Shown: piece by piece, positions 1 through 9,708 of the stretch
Layout of the letters: every line of letters starts with the position of its first letter
Position numbering within the stretch: position 1 is the first letter of the stretch
NCBI GenBank assembly: GCA_000002435.2
Contig: CM018793.1
From: Giardia intestinalis
Lineage: Eukaryota
Strand: one strand, 5' to 3'
Length of the DNA stretch: 64,000 nucleotides
Made by a program: the position numbers and the translations under genes
The notes under the pieces: model-generated
The model's input: only the letters and a program-made list of their open reading frames with translations
Database searches by the model: none
Told to the model about the DNA's origin: nothing

Positions 1-389
1 GTCAGTGAATTGGGAACCCCTGTCACATAAACAAGATTACTTTGCAAGACCCGCGTTTTGCTCAATTCGCTCTTATTAATATGTGAATGGCTGGAAGAAA
101 GAAGGGTGCTTTGCCTATGAGACTTTACAGGTCTGGAACGAGGTTTAGATTGAGGCAATCTTTTGTCGGGAAATTGCCGCATAAACTCTTCGGGAGTCAA
201 TCTTCTATATACTTTAGGGTCATATACTGTCCTGCAATGAGGGCATTGGCCACCTTTGACTTTGTCGAAGCAGAAAGCACAGACCTGGTAATTGCAGGTA
301 CATGGGAAGAAAAGGAGTTCATCCTGTCCAGTCATCTTATTGCAGCACAGGGGACAGGTGTTGAGGTCGTCACTCGGCTCTTCACTCAT
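1..389 (-). CDS. NOT4: CCR4-NOT complex subunit NOT4 (CNOT4/Mot2-type RING E3 ubiquitin ligase), N-terminal part; partial, continues beyond left window edge
   Basis: Hand translation of the minus strand shows an open frame from the ATG (complement of 387-389) to position 1 with no stop. It is absent from the ORF track because it is incomplete. Translation begins MSEEPSDDLNTCPLCCNKMTGQDELLFFPCTCNYQVCAFCFDKVKGGQCPHCRTVYDPKVYRRLTPEEF. This matches the diagnostic CNOT4 RING (human CPLCMEPL..FFPCTCGYQICRFCWHRI...CPACRKPY). The following LVYVTGVP looks like the start of the RRM. An in-frame TAA lies upstream at 441-443. Confidence 0.75.
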   Translation of the reverse strand, partial: MSEEPSDDLNTCPLCCNKMTGQDELLFFPCTCNYQVCAFCFDKVKGGQCPHCRTVYDPKVYRRLTPEEFMRQFPDKRLPQSKPRSRPVKSHRQSTLLSSSHSHINKSELSKTRVLQSNLVYVTGVPNSL

Positions 390-435
390 CTCCGTTCCGG
401 GAGTCTCTAACCAAATTATTAGACCTCGGTTTAAC

Positions 436-2499
436 TCAATTTACAGGTATGGTCGAGGCGTGCCCTGCCGCCTCGCTAATGGTATCTTCTACCATGTCCA
501 TGCGCTGCCTTGCCTCCACTGCTTCTGCGCGCTTCATCTCTGCAAGGACAAGCTCATAAAGGAGATCTCCTTGGCTGTTCCTTAGGCTTCCCTCAAATGG
601 AAACAGGGCTTGAATACACTCTTTCTGTCCGGCACGAATAGCTGCCACAAGAGCAGTTTGCCCGTTGTCTGCAGTCATACCCTTCTCTCGTTCTAACAGC
701 AGACGAAGGCTGGCAAGACTCCCCTCTCGGGCAGCATACATCAGCGCCGTCCAGCCGTCCTGATCTTGCATGCAAGCCTCCCGCTCTAATAGCAACCTGA
801 CACTGTCGTAGTGATTAGCTTGAGCAGCCAGCATCAGTGCAGTCATACCGTCTGCCTTTCGGGCTCCAGCCTCCAGAAGAAGGAGTTCTGTTGTGACGGC
901 GTGTCCATTCTGCGCTGCCTTCATTAGAGCAGTCCATCCACTTACATGAGCAAAGACCGTGACAGACGTATGCTTCTGGATTCCGATCTCAGACAGCAAA
1001 AGCTTGACGCACTCTAAGTGCCCAGCAGATGCAGCAAACATCAATGCCGTGTCGCCCAGGTACACATGTCGCACCAAGGAGAGATTTGCGTTGACAGTGG
1101 CTGTAGCGCCCATGTGCGCGGCCCACATAAGAGGCGTCTTCTCTTGAACTTCTATGAGGTGCTGGGATTGGTATCGGAAGATCTCTGCTGCGTTTATTAA
1201 AACGTTATGTATATAGATGTGAGAGAGCAAGGCAAAGAGGAGCTGGGGGTTATTAGATGCAAGTGAGGTTGTGACGGCTTCATAGGGAGACACAGAGAGT
1301 AGCCGTATCTTGGACTCTATTACCGCCTTCTGGTTGTGTAGTGTAGAGCCAGGACTATTGAAGTGAACAAAGGACGTGGCAATATTTCCATATTCTTGAA
1401 TATCGCTATTAGAGTCTGTGGACACAACGCTTGATGGAGTGCCCGGAAGCTTCGCCTGCCTCCCGGAGGACGGCGTGTCGTCACAAGCGGTCGTAAACTT
1501 AGGCAGTTCTGCTTCAGGAGCATCGGCATCGATATCTGGAGCTGAATTAGTTTTTGGGAGGTCTAGTATTTGCGAGGGGCCGAGTGCCTGGTGCATCAAT
1601 CCCGCGTCGTGATGTTGAGGAGAAACAAAAAAGTCTGTATAACAAAGCGAGTCTGAAAGGTAGTCTGCAGGTGTCCTGCTCGCTATTATGGCATTGTAAA
1701 CCGCAGCACGGGCCGCCTGTTGGGTGGGCAGTAATGCAAATATCTCAGCAGCCGTTATGCGCTCAGTTGGATCAACGAGCAGACAGGAGTGGACCAGCCA
1801 GGTAAGCGTCTCGGAATACCCAGAAAGGGAAAGTGAGCTAAGATCGTGTGCGGCGGAACCGTAGCGTACAGTCAGCGTGGACGCAAGATCTAAAATGATG
1901 AGACCTAAAGACCAGATGTCTGCAGCAGGCCCGCTGGTTTGCCACCGCATCGTCTCTGGCGCAACATAGAGCCGCGCATCGGCGAGGCTCTTCCGGTTTG
2001 GGCGCCGCATGATGAACCGCGAAAGACTAAAAAAGGATAGCTTAAATATGTTTTGCTTCCGTAAAATCGTTGCAGGGCGAAGGTCGCAGTGGGCGGTTGG
2101 AGCCCGGCCATTGATGCGGCTGTGCAAATGGGCAAGACCTTCTGTCACGTCTCCGAGAATCTGCCATATGTCCACCTCTGGAATCTGGGACCCGTGGTTT
2201 CCGACGAGGTACTGCTCCAATGTGCCGCCAGGCATGTATTCCATCTCGACCTCGATGTGTCCCGACTCCCAATCAATCATAGGCTCGTTGAACTGAACTA
2301 TTTTATGATGCTGATATTGGAAGTACAGCCTGCACTCCTCAGCAAGGTGCACAAGGTCATCAGGAGAGGCCTCTGGCATGTCGGCCACACGCAGAGCAAT
2401 AAATCCCTCGGTCCCGCTCTTCTTGACCCGATAGAGGTACCCAAAGGACGCCTCCGCTAGAAGAGATACATCGTAGTACTGACTTGCCCGCAGCCCCAT
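436..2499 (-). CDS. NEK-family protein kinase-like protein with C-terminal ankyrin repeats; predicted catalytically inactive (pseudokinase)
   Basis: 687-aa ORF with an ATG start. The N-terminal protein-kinase fold is recognisable from the APE motif (YVAPE) and subdomain IX (DIWSLGLI). The VAIK Lys is replaced by Arg (FIALRV), the Gly-loop is degenerate, HRDLKPxN reads HCDLRPAT, and DFG reads SFF. The C-terminal half carries Giardia-style ankyrin repeats (GWTALMKAAQNGH..., GMTALMLAAQANH..., GWTALMYAAREGS...). Confidence 0.8.
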   Translation of the reverse strand: MGLRASQYYDVSLLAEASFGYLYRVKKSGTEGFIALRVADMPEASPDDLVHLAEECRLYFQYQHHKIVQFNEPMIDWESGHIEVEMEYMPGGTLEQYLVGNHGSQIPEVDIWQILGDVTEGLAHLHSRINGRAPTAHCDLRPATILRKQNIFKLSFFSLSRFIMRRPNRKSLADARLYVAPETMRWQTSGPAADIWSLGLIILDLASTLTVRYGSAAHDLSSLSLSGYSETLTWLVHSCLLVDPTERITAAEIFALLPTQQAARAAVYNAIIASRTPADYLSDSLCYTDFFVSPQHHDAGLMHQALGPSQILDLPKTNSAPDIDADAPEAELPKFTTACDDTPSSGRQAKLPGTPSSVVSTDSNSDIQEYGNIATSFVHFNSPGSTLHNQKAVIESKIRLLSVSPYEAVTTSLASNNPQLLFALLSHIYIHNVLINAAEIFRYQSQHLIEVQEKTPLMWAAHMGATATVNANLSLVRHVYLGDTALMFAASAGHLECVKLLLSEIGIQKHTSVTVFAHVSGWTALMKAAQNGHAVTTELLLLEAGARKADGMTALMLAAQANHYDSVRLLLEREACMQDQDGWTALMYAAREGSLASLRLLLEREKGMTADNGQTALVAAIRAGQKECIQALFPFEGSLRNSQGDLLYELVLAEMKRAEAVEARQRMDMVEDTISEAAGHASTIPVN

Positions 2500-2550
2500 C
2501 GTCAGATCGATGCGTGTTGCAGGACTGAGGATGTGAAAAAGAAGTCGGCG

Positions 2551-2582
2551 TCAATTTTTTTTGAATTTTTTGATTTTTAAGG
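2551..2582 (+). promoter_or_regulatory. A/T-rich initiator-like tract immediately upstream of the SPP ATG
   Basis: The tract tcaattttttttgaatttttgatttttaagg abuts the ATG at 2583. Short AT-rich initiators within about 50 bp of the ATG are the established core promoter type in Giardia. Confidence 0.4.
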
Positions 2583-3797
2583 ATGATAGTGGCCGGCGTG
2601 ACTTTAGGGGTCACCGCTGTAGCTTTAGTTGCGCTTGGTGCCTTTTTGGCGACCAGAAGAAATGACCCTCTTACTAAAGACTTTCGAGAACAGTTGGGGG
2701 GCAAGGGTGCTGGGAAGATGTTCACCATTTCCACCGCTCTCCTCGTAGGTCTCTACGTAATAGTGTCAAGGCTCCGCCAAGACATACTCCCCATTCTGAT
2801 GAAGGCCTACTTTTGCTATGTCCTTGTAATGATGGCTATCAACTTTCTGCGTCCGTTCCTATTTAGGAGTATCTACCCCGGCTCTCTTGACAACCCTCCT
2901 CAGTATCTAGTGAAGTGGATGAAGCTTTATGCTGTAGATCTAGTCTCGGTTGCTGCTGCGCTCCCCTTGCTGCTTATCTATTGGCTTTCAGATAACTGGA
3001 TTGTCATGAACTTCTTGGCTGCTTTAGTGGCACTGTTTTCGATTGAAATCACACGCTTTAAGACACTAACTATTGCATCAATCACGTTGGTGGCGTTTTT
3101 CTTTTACGATATCTACTTTGTGTTCTTCACACCCATAATGCTTACGGTTGCAAAGAAGGTAGTCATCCCAGTCAAGATTGTGTGGCCTCGTGAGTTTTAT
3201 ACTTTTAGCATCTGGACATCATACAGTGATACGGCCAAATTTGCGCTGCTTGGCCTCGGCGACATAATTCTTCCCGGAGTATACATTGCACTTGTTTCTA
3301 GAATAGAGGCACAGATTGCCGCCACAAAAGGCCTGGTTGTAAGACCTTCGCTTACGCAGGCCTGCATCGCAGCGTATGCCGTCTCAATCATTGTAGCCAT
3401 GTGTGTTTTGTACTTCTCCCAGAAAGGACAGCCAGTACTACTTTACATTGTACCGTCGCTGCTATCAACGACCTACGGGCTCATGTATTGCAAGTATGAC
3501 AGGGACCTGCGGGATGCTGTCGTAAGTTATGTGGACGAAGATGACGATGAGATAGTACCTTTCAAACCTGGCGCTAAGTCCAAGGCCGGTGCGGCAAGGG
3601 AAGACGAGCACATTGATAACCAGGAGGGAGACAAGAGCTTATCCTGCACTGAGGAAGCTCGGACGCTCCTCGATGTTCCAGAGGTAGATACAAATGGCAT
3701 GAATGGCATGAATGGTATAACTGATAAGGATGATAGAGGTGACAGAAATGATACTCCCGCTGACAACGATAATAGCAACACAGTGGTTGACCAGTAA
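2583..3797 (+). CDS. Signal peptide peptidase (intramembrane GxGD aspartyl protease, A22B family)
   Basis: 404-aa multi-pass membrane ORF. The catalytic YD motif (FFYDIYFVFF) and GLGD motif (LLGLGDIILPG) are present in consecutive transmembrane helices. The C-terminal PAL-type motif reads QPVLLYIVP, matching QPALLYLVP of SPP. This is followed by an acidic/Asn-rich tail. Confidence 0.8.
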   Translation: MIVAGVTLGVTAVALVALGAFLATRRNDPLTKDFREQLGGKGAGKMFTISTALLVGLYVIVSRLRQDILPILMKAYFCYVLVMMAINFLRPFLFRSIYPGSLDNPPQYLVKWMKLYAVDLVSVAAALPLLLIYWLSDNWIVMNFLAALVALFSIEITRFKTLTIASITLVAFFFYDIYFVFFTPIMLTVAKKVVIPVKIVWPREFYTFSIWTSYSDTAKFALLGLGDIILPGVYIALVSRIEAQIAATKGLVVRPSLTQACIAAYAVSIIVAMCVLYFSQKGQPVLLYIVPSLLSTTYGLMYCKYDRDLRDAVVSYVDEDDDEIVPFKPGAKSKAGAAREDEHIDNQEGDKSLSCTEEARTLLDVPEVDTNGMNGMNGITDKDDRGDRNDTPADNDNSNTVVDQ

Positions 3798-3799
3798 AT
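3793..3799 (+). terminator. Putative poly(A) signal AGTAAAT overlapping the SPP stop codon
   Basis: AGTRAAY consensus (AGTAAAT) overlaps the TAA at 3795-3797. Giardia poly(A) signals typically lie at or within about 30 nt of the stop. Confidence 0.4.
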
Positions 3800-3916
3800 C
3801 TAATGCTTCAGCAGAACTACTGAGTGCAGCACACCTACAGACAGGTTTGAAATTCATAAAAGATGCAATGCACGACCTAATCAGCACAAAGAGGGACAAA
3901 GACCGTAGAGGTGGGA

Positions 3917-4714
3917 CTAAGTTTGTTCGTCCAGGGCCATCGGAGGATTTAGTCCACGCTTTGCAAGTACCCGCTTAGCCGGCTTGTGTGCATCTCTGTA
4001 ATAAAGCTCAGTCATGCGATCAAACTTGGAGACGGGTATGTTGCGTGGCACGTGCTCTACGTCACAGGGGATGGTACCACCGACATCTTTATAAATCTTG
4101 TTCTCCCTCGCGTGTATCTCTGCGGGCCGCCGAAGGGGATCATCAAGCTTGATGGCTGTCTTGCTGCGCATGTATTTGGATAATTTATATGGGTCGTACT
4201 TGTTTGTGGGCATGTCCAGGCTTATATGCATGCTATTTCCTGCGTTAAGGTATTCCTGGAAGGCTGCACGGCGAAGATCAGCAGTAAACTCTGGATTTCG
4301 GTCGGCAACTTCGTTCATTATTCGCTGCTGAATGGGCAGAAAGACGTTCATTTCCCAGTCTATAAACAGTCTCTCCTTGTTGAGCTGTTTTTCGGTGTTG
4401 GCGATGGCAAGCGTGGCGTCGCAATCTCTTAGCGTCTCCTCGTTGCCTTTTGTTAGTTTCTCTTGTAGAGATCGTAGCCTTGCATTTGCCTTGTTGTGCA
4501 TGAGCTCCACCTGTCGCTTGCTGGTGAGTCGCATCTGCTCCATTCTCTGCTCATAGCCTCTCCGCATGGCCTCGGCTTTCTCACGTCTTCTGCAGTCTAA
4601 GCCATTGTCCTGTGCCACTGCACTTGTCGAAACAGCTCTCCGTTGCGGTGTGATCCAGTTGCTGGTTAAATCGGTAAAGTTTGCAGCGAGGAGTTGCTTG
4701 TCGTTTACCTGCAT
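3917..4714 (-). CDS. Hypothetical coiled-coil protein
   Basis: 265-aa ORF with an ATG start, Arg/Glu/Lys/Gln-rich heptad-like stretches, and no recognisable catalytic motif. It sits in a 62-bp divergent arrangement with the LRR gene. Confidence 0.5.
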   Translation of the reverse strand: MQVNDKQLLAANFTDLTSNWITPQRRAVSTSAVAQDNGLDCRRREKAEAMRRGYEQRMEQMRLTSKRQVELMHNKANARLRSLQEKLTKGNEETLRDCDATLAIANTEKQLNKERLFIDWEMNVFLPIQQRIMNEVADRNPEFTADLRRAAFQEYLNAGNSMHISLDMPTNKYDPYKLSKYMRSKTAIKLDDPLRRPAEIHARENKIYKDVGGTIPCDVEHVPRNIPVSKFDRMTELYYRDAHKPAKRVLAKRGLNPPMALDEQT

Positions 4715-4776
4715 TTACTAAAATTTAAGCTGTCTTGACATAAGAGAAAGAGGCGTGCAAGCGCGTTGACACCAGC

Positions 4777-7700
4777 ATGGATTATCTCCTTTCGGCCGCG
4801 CACAGTGAACGAGATTCTGGCTCCAACGGCTCTATCCAAGATTATCTGGACTTTGATCTTATACCGCGACCCCTGGCATCTATGCAGTCATTTTTAATGA
4901 AAGATATTCTGGACAAGCTCGTTGTGCTTAGTCTTTCTAACTGTGGACTAGAGAAAGTTCCTGCGTGTCTTCGCGCTCTTCCGTGCCTTCAAGAATTGGA
5001 TCTGTCGCGAAACAGACTGACACACTGTGCCTCTCAGTTCATCACTGCCAATCTTCCCTTCTTGAAGGTGTTAGACCTCAGTGACAACTACCTGACGGAT
5101 GTCGGGGAGCTGCAACATCTGGGAGTCCTCAATGATCTAGAAGTCCTCAATATAGAGGGCAACCCGCTACCCTTTGCAGCCAGTCGCTGCGAAGCAATTC
5201 GTGCCTTACTCTTCCAAACAGCTCACACAGAAGCATTTAGTTCTCGTGCCCGGCAACTGCATGCCACCCACCGTACAAACATCAAGTACAGCCCATTTCT
5301 TTTGTTAGGCAGCTACAAGACTATCGTCAGTGATTATCCATCTGCGGTGGCTAATGCTGTGAAGGCTTCGTTAGCCGTCAAACAAGGCTCCTATGATGCT
5401 CTAGACACTAGCGACTACTTAAAGAAGCAGCTGTCCATTGATGCTCATAAGTTGACTAATGGATCCTTCTTTAGTCGGTCTTCGTGGACTAATGAAGGCA
5501 TTGTTGTTTCAGGCCCGGGCTGCGTCCTGCTCAGTGATGCGCGCCTGGAGGCCCCCTTGGTCTACATTGGTAAGCGCGATGATATCTTCAACACATACAA
5601 TTCTTGCCTAGGTGCAACAGAGACCTATGCTAATCTTATTTATCGAAAAGCCAAAAACGCGAGCTCTGCAGCAAATACAGGGATCAACCAAGCTAAGCTT
5701 GTTAAGACTCAGCTAGATAACTGCTCAGATGAAGATCACCTGCGATTCTTCGGGTCGCTTAACTTCAGCTATCTTGACTCATATACGGACCAGCGAAATT
5801 CTCTTTCAAATACCACAAAGAGGCCTGTCTCCACAAGTGAGTATTTACGAAAAAGAGCCAGCAGCCATTCGCTCATTGTTTCAACCGCGAGTGCTGGGAT
5901 GATAGACAATTATAATATTAATCGTGCCATAGATATGCCGGCAGACATAGAAGCCAATCTAACAAAGAAAGGACAAACGCAACATTTTTTTATCAATCTG
6001 AATCAGAGGCCTCTCCATAACATAGATTCTCCGTTTCCAAGGCTCCGGATTTTGAACAATCTCATTATAACGGTGGATGACTATGACAGAGCCAAACAAC
6101 TCAATACCACGGTGCAGTACACGAACTACCTCCTTTCTCCTCGTGCTCAATTCAGATCGACTAGGCGTAGCTCTGCCACAAGACGGGGTCTCTCAGGAGA
6201 GAAAGGCAAATCACTAGGATTGCTGTCCTTTAACCGCTCTCACTGCATCCCTCCATCTGAAATACTCCAACAGAGACAGTTTGCAGATAGAGAACGGCAA
6301 AACACGCTGATGTTGGAGCAACAGGTATGCGATCATCTTAAACAATTCATTATGACAGGCGAAATTAACTCTAACGACGGGGAAGAGTCTATAGATCTTC
6401 TACAAGCCTCAAACGAAAGCATCGGTGACACTCTAGACGATGCAACAACGAAAATGGCACATACCAATCCGCCCGCTATGTTGACACAACGGACTGGGCC
6501 AACAAGTGCCTCGGCTAATGGTTTGATCAGTGGCTCGTTCGCCTCTGATCGTGATGCAGATCTCCAGCATCTTGATCAACACTTAGCGATGACCCAGCTA
6601 GCCTCTGATGCCTTCAATCCACTTCCGTCGGAACACTCGGCTATGCGCGTTTCGGAGTTAGGAGTTGCCAGGACTGGTGTTATTGGCAATTTAGCGATGG
6701 ATAAACATGTTCTAGAAGAGAATGAGCTAAAGACAAAACGAAGGTCTGGCGCCGCTGCTTTAGCTAGCTCTTCAATAGCTTTCACAAGCAATGCATTTAA
6801 AGCGCTCGCATCTTCTCAGTATGCCCACAAAGATACATTTAAGCAATCTGAGAATAAATTAGGTTGTACTCAAACACTAGGCAAAACTGAGGCAGACACA
6901 ACCGAGTATGCTTTATCATTGGCCTCCACTACTAAGTTGGGACGGACAACAGTCAATGATGACACTATGACCCATCTGCTGGAATCGACTCCAAGCGTGG
7001 GGGTCATGCATGCTCGCGCCAAGAGCCAATTTATGAAAGTACGACCGCTCAGCTCCACCCAGCAGGAGTCTTTTATGAGAACAGCTGTGGAGGCAAAAGA
7101 AGCATACCCAAGCAGACTCGAGCAAGTCACGCTAGAGTCACTGATAACAAAGCAAGCAAATGACAGGTTATCTGACCAACATCAGCAGCGTAAAAGAGAG
7201 ATTGCAGCCTCTGAGAACATGCTCCGTGCACCGGGGTTGAAGACTACAATTGGGATCATTGATGACGACGCCTTGGTGGTGCAGCGTGATACTATTGCAA
7301 AAACAGCCGAGCCCCTGGACATATTGATAAGAAATGCTGACACAACTGAAGAGTTTGACAGAATTATGAGCCTAGATGGGCAGTTTCGAGCAAGTAAGAT
7401 CAGTCCAGAATACAATACAGCATATAGCATGAAAATGTTTGGAAAATCTAATGTATCTGGTGGAGCCTCGGCCAAACCAGTCGGAACCCCTGAAGAAGCT
7501 ACAAGCGGAACAACTGTTGCCGACTCCGTGGCTGCACGCTCGATACATCCCACCGCTCAAGATGCTGACGAAGATGCGTACGTTCGTCTTGTCAAGGCAT
7601 CAATCAGTCAAAATCCACTCAAGTTGGAAACAAATGCAATCTCGTACGAAAAAATGGCCAATCCGGAATTTGCTGACAAAGATTTAATTCCCAACACGTC

Positions 7701-9147
7701 CATAGCCACTAAGATCACACCAACCTTTATTGATGTCATTCAGGAGGAGTACAGACTCCAGAAGAATGCAACAGACAAGCTATTTATTGAGGCAGCACGA
7801 AACATGGACAGAAAAGTCCGAGAGAGCGTTACACGGCCATCTTCACAAATCTTTGTCCGGAATACTCCACAAGCCAGGTTCTCGGCCAATAGTGATACAG
7901 ACCCATCAGCGAAGATTAACCGGCACTCTGTGTTGCTTGATATAGCCATGCAAGGAGATCGATTGGCAGGTGATGGGGATCTGGTTCAGGATCACTTCAC
8001 CGGAAAAATACCTGCCAGTACCATAGCAGAAGCTCAACACTTAACAAATAAGATCGGTAATCCTAAGAAATCTAGAACATCTAACACATTAAGTCCATCC
8101 CGGAAACCCACCAGACCTGCATCAGCCACACAGATTAGAAAAGCATCTGGAAGCGTGTTGTCATATACGTCAAGAGAGATAATGCAGTCAGTGGACACAC
8201 AGCTCTACAGACAGCAATTGAGCATGGAGAAGAGTCGCTATCGGTCGTCCAGCAATCGCACAATAACTAAGTCAGATGCAGACGAAAAGCGAGAGCAAAA
8301 GAATACCATGAAGCTTTTGTATCAGAATAATGAAGACTTGATGCGGCAAGAGAGACAGGTGCAGCACCAAGAGCATCTCAATCGCATAGCACTTATAAAG
8401 AATACACCATCCAAGTCTTACATGACTGATGAGAAGAACGCCGGAATAGCCGTCTATAGGAATGCAGCCAGGAGAGCACGTACAATATCTAAGAGGAATC
8501 GCAACATGTCCAAGACATCAAACACAGCAGAAGAGATCAGGCGGGCTGTCTGCAACGACAAGCTGCGCTACCAAGGCCTGTCGTCTGCCGAGCTCGCAAA
8601 GGGCCTTGTCATCTCCACTGGTGAGCTGGTAAAACCACTCAACGTGCCTTGCCTAGAGGAAGTGGTAGAACACGCAGGAAAGATAAAGGTGGCTCCTTTA
8701 GAGCTCATAGGCTTGAGTACAGATGTGATCAGGAATATAGAACCTGATTTGAAAAGCCTATCTGCTGCAGGAGAGCAGTTTCTAAGCGATGAATTGGCAT
8801 GGGAGGAGCAGATGCGCGACCCGGACTACAAGTTCCAGAGGACAACGAGCCGAATGGCAATGTGCAGTCACGTCAATAATAGCAAGCTAGATGCTAGTAG
8901 GATTCAGAATTTACAGGTCCTTACCTTTAGCAGCCTACCCATTAACGAAGCTGGGCAGCATATGAACGGTATTCTGCAAGAGATGACATTTAGGGCGGAC
9001 GCAGGCCTAACGCTTAAGGGCTTTACCCCAGGAGAACAAAGCCCCGTGCATGCAAAGGCTAGCGAAGCGCGCTGCATTGCACAGCAGCTTCTGCAGAAGG
9101 CCAGTGGGAAGGCCTTGAGAGCTAACTCTAAGACAAGGTCACTTTAG
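4777..9147 (+). CDS. Large leucine-rich-repeat-containing protein (N-terminal LRRs, long low-complexity/disordered remainder)
   Basis: 1456-aa uninterrupted ORF. The N-terminus holds about 4 canonical LRRs (LSLSNCGLEKVP..LQELDLSRNRLTHC..LKVLDLSDNYLTDV..LEVLNIEGNPL). The remainder is Ser/Thr/Asn/Gln-rich. Confidence 0.6.
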   Translation: MDYLLSAAHSERDSGSNGSIQDYLDFDLIPRPLASMQSFLMKDILDKLVVLSLSNCGLEKVPACLRALPCLQELDLSRNRLTHCASQFITANLPFLKVLDLSDNYLTDVGELQHLGVLNDLEVLNIEGNPLPFAASRCEAIRALLFQTAHTEAFSSRARQLHATHRTNIKYSPFLLLGSYKTIVSDYPSAVANAVKASLAVKQGSYDALDTSDYLKKQLSIDAHKLTNGSFFSRSSWTNEGIVVSGPGCVLLSDARLEAPLVYIGKRDDIFNTYNSCLGATETYANLIYRKAKNASSAANTGINQAKLVKTQLDNCSDEDHLRFFGSLNFSYLDSYTDQRNSLSNTTKRPVSTSEYLRKRASSHSLIVSTASAGMIDNYNINRAIDMPADIEANLTKKGQTQHFFINLNQRPLHNIDSPFPRLRILNNLIITVDDYDRAKQLNTTVQYTNYLLSPRAQFRSTRRSSATRRGLSGEKGKSLGLLSFNRSHCIPPSEILQQRQFADRERQNTLMLEQQVCDHLKQFIMTGEINSNDGEESIDLLQASNESIGDTLDDATTKMAHTNPPAMLTQRTGPTSASANGLISGSFASDRDADLQHLDQHLAMTQLASDAFNPLPSEHSAMRVSELGVARTGVIGNLAMDKHVLEENELKTKRRSGAAALASSSIAFTSNAFKALASSQYAHKDTFKQSENKLGCTQTLGKTEADTTEYALSLASTTKLGRTTVNDDTMTHLLESTPSVGVMHARAKSQFMKVRPLSSTQQESFMRTAVEAKEAYPSRLEQVTLESLITKQANDRLSDQHQQRKREIAASENMLRAPGLKTTIGIIDDDALVVQRDTIAKTAEPLDILIRNADTTEEFDRIMSLDGQFRASKISPEYNTAYSMKMFGKSNVSGGASAKPVGTPEEATSGTTVADSVAARSIHPTAQDADEDAYVRLVKASISQNPLKLETNAISYEKMANPEFADKDLIPNTSIATKITPTFIDVIQEEYRLQKNATDKLFIEAARNMDRKVRESVTRPSSQIFVRNTPQARFSANSDTDPSAKINRHSVLLDIAMQGDRLAGDGDLVQDHFTGKIPASTIAEAQHLTNKIGNPKKSRTSNTLSPSRKPTRPASATQIRKASGSVLSYTSREIMQSVDTQLYRQQLSMEKSRYRSSSNRTITKSDADEKREQKNTMKLLYQNNEDLMRQERQVQHQEHLNRIALIKNTPSKSYMTDEKNAGIAVYRNAARRARTISKRNRNMSKTSNTAEEIRRAVCNDKLRYQGLSSAELAKGLVISTGELVKPLNVPCLEEVVEHAGKIKVAPLELIGLSTDVIRNIEPDLKSLSAAGEQFLSDELAWEEQMRDPDYKFQRTTSRMAMCSHVNNSKLDASRIQNLQVLTFSSLPINEAGQHMNGILQEMTFRADAGLTLKGFTPGEQSPVHAKASEARCIAQQLLQKASGKALRANSKTRSL

Positions 9148-9390
9148 GGAAATCGCCTCCCATGGCGCAGCACAGAGTGGGCAAATGACGTTGCTAGTCA
9201 GCCATGTGTGTATACATTCTGTGTGGAAGACATGGCCGCACTTGCTCTTGACCAAAGAGCACGTCGAGTCTGTGCTGGCGCACGTTGGACAGAGTTCATG
9301 GCAAGGGATCTTGCAGACAGCACATGCTGCAAGCTCGCTGGCGAAGCGCCAGGCAACGAACTTATTTACAGCAAGGGTTCTTAGGGACAT
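9139..9390 (-). CDS. RING-box protein (RBX1/APC11-family RING-H2 finger, cullin/APC E3 catalytic subunit)
   Basis: 83-aa ORF: WRFASELAACAVCKIPCHELCPTCASTDSTCSLVKSKCGHVFHTECIHTWLTSNVICPLC. This matches the RBX1/APC11 pattern of a C-x2-C, an extra Zn-ligand insert, C-x-H-x-F-H-x2-C-I-x2-W-L and a final CPLC. The 3' end overlaps the convergent LRR gene by 9 nt. Confidence 0.7.
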   Translation of the reverse strand: MSLRTLAVNKFVAWRFASELAACAVCKIPCHELCPTCASTDSTCSLVKSKCGHVFHTECIHTWLTSNVICPLCAAPWEAISLK

Positions 9391-9708
9391 TTTTAGGATT
9401 GCACTACAACTATGAATAGCAGTTAGTTCGGTGCTCGGGAGTCTAAGGTAAACGCATACTGTTTACTATTGTCCATGTGAGCTACCAATTGAAGTCGTTG
9501 ACATGGCCAAAGGAGCGAGAGTTCACTCGTCGGCTGCAAATCATGCTTGCAAGCTAGACCCGGTGGCACAGCGCACATATAGAACTATCCATCGCACAGT
9601 CCTCGTGAGTGTTACGTGCACTAACATATGCGCATTAACATATGTTGAGACGCTGAACTCCCATACAGCATTGAGTGCGTTCAATTCAATAGTCTCCATT
9701 CAGAGAGT

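Noticed and set aside
87-585. Track ORFs 87..410(+) and 292..585(+)
   Set aside because: They overlap the antisense strand of the CNOT4 RING coding region and the 3' end of the NEK gene. The minus-strand translation is a clear conserved RING domain, so these are chance antisense ORFs.
9391-9708. 102-aa ORF 9503..9811 in the spacer downstream of the 303-aa hypothetical gene
   Set aside because: It overlaps the 3' end of 9709..10620 on the opposite strand and has odd composition. It is more plausibly non-coding 3' UTR plus the promoter region for the RING-box gene.
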